From: Balanoglossus misakiensis
Taxonomy: Eukaryota > Animalia > Hemichordata
Direction of reading: 5' to 3'
NCBI GenBank assembly: GCA_040954595.2
Contig: CM082590.2
Span: 5,270,001 to 5,334,000 of the forward strand
Length of the DNA: 64,000 nucleotides
Position 1 is the stretch's first letter. Each line of letters begins with the position of its first letter. The notes under the pieces are model-generated. The model saw only the letters and a list, made by a program, of their open reading frames with translations. It was not told the origin of the DNA and made no database searches. This document shows, one piece after another, positions 63,739 through 64,000 of this stretch. The translations under genes and the position numbers were made by a program.

Positions 63739-64000
63739 CTAGAACAACAAAATATACGTACCATGTGTCAAATCCCTTTTTTATAGTCTTTGAAAAACTA
63801 TCACTAGGGAAGGATATGGTACAATTAGCGTTGCTACCTATGATTTTTTGGTGTGAAAATTGTTTTACAGTTGCATGATGAAGTAAATATGGATGATCCA
63901 CTTCACAGGAACATTGCATGATTTAACTGAACTGTCATTTGCAGTACTTATTTTTGTGACCTTACTCTCTGAAAGTTGAATGTATCAGACATCATGTCAG

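Noticed and set aside
59500-64000. An intact hnRNP A, PDCD6IP or ELAC2 gene
   Set aside because: Only one exon of each is found, the ALIX exon has a stop, and the expected downstream exons are not seen before the ROCO promoter. Very long introns cannot be fully excluded for the hnRNP exon.
63966-64000. Possible upstream ELAC2 exon end (GTAAG donor, compatible phase)
   Set aside because: Truncated by the window edge, in-frame TGA just upstream, and a poor match to the expected sequence.

Overview
AT-rich animal genomic DNA, most likely from a marine invertebrate deuterostome (taxon inferred, not proven). Nothing prokaryotic is visible. (1) 1-9417: head-to-tail, partly nested array of seven non-autonomous Helentron/Helitron2-type (HINE/DINE-1-like) elements. 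(2) 9418-26830: multi-level tandem segmental duplications, whose paralogous empty sites expose Kolobok-, Crypton- and AcademH-like insertions. (3) 26850-32440: Zator-like, P-like, LTR, L2 and Kolobok-like fragments. (4) 34357-58564, minus strand: an intact 12-exon, 911-aa kinase-less ROCO gene (5 ankyrin exons + capping exon - ROC - COR - death domain). Each full ankyrin repeat is a 99-nt phase-0 exon. Two recently duplicated ankyrin exons differ by 13 nonsynonymous versus 1 synonymous change, including most classic ligand-binding positions. A decayed Ty3/Gypsy element lies in one intron, and Rel-like and IRF-like sites lie upstream. (5) About 60.7-64 kb: a mosaic of single exons from unrelated housekeeping genes (hnRNP A M9 exon, PDCD6IP/ALIX exon with a stop, ELAC2 exon), one inside a TTAA-flanked TIR element, suggesting transposon exon capture. 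All alignments and counts were done by eye.
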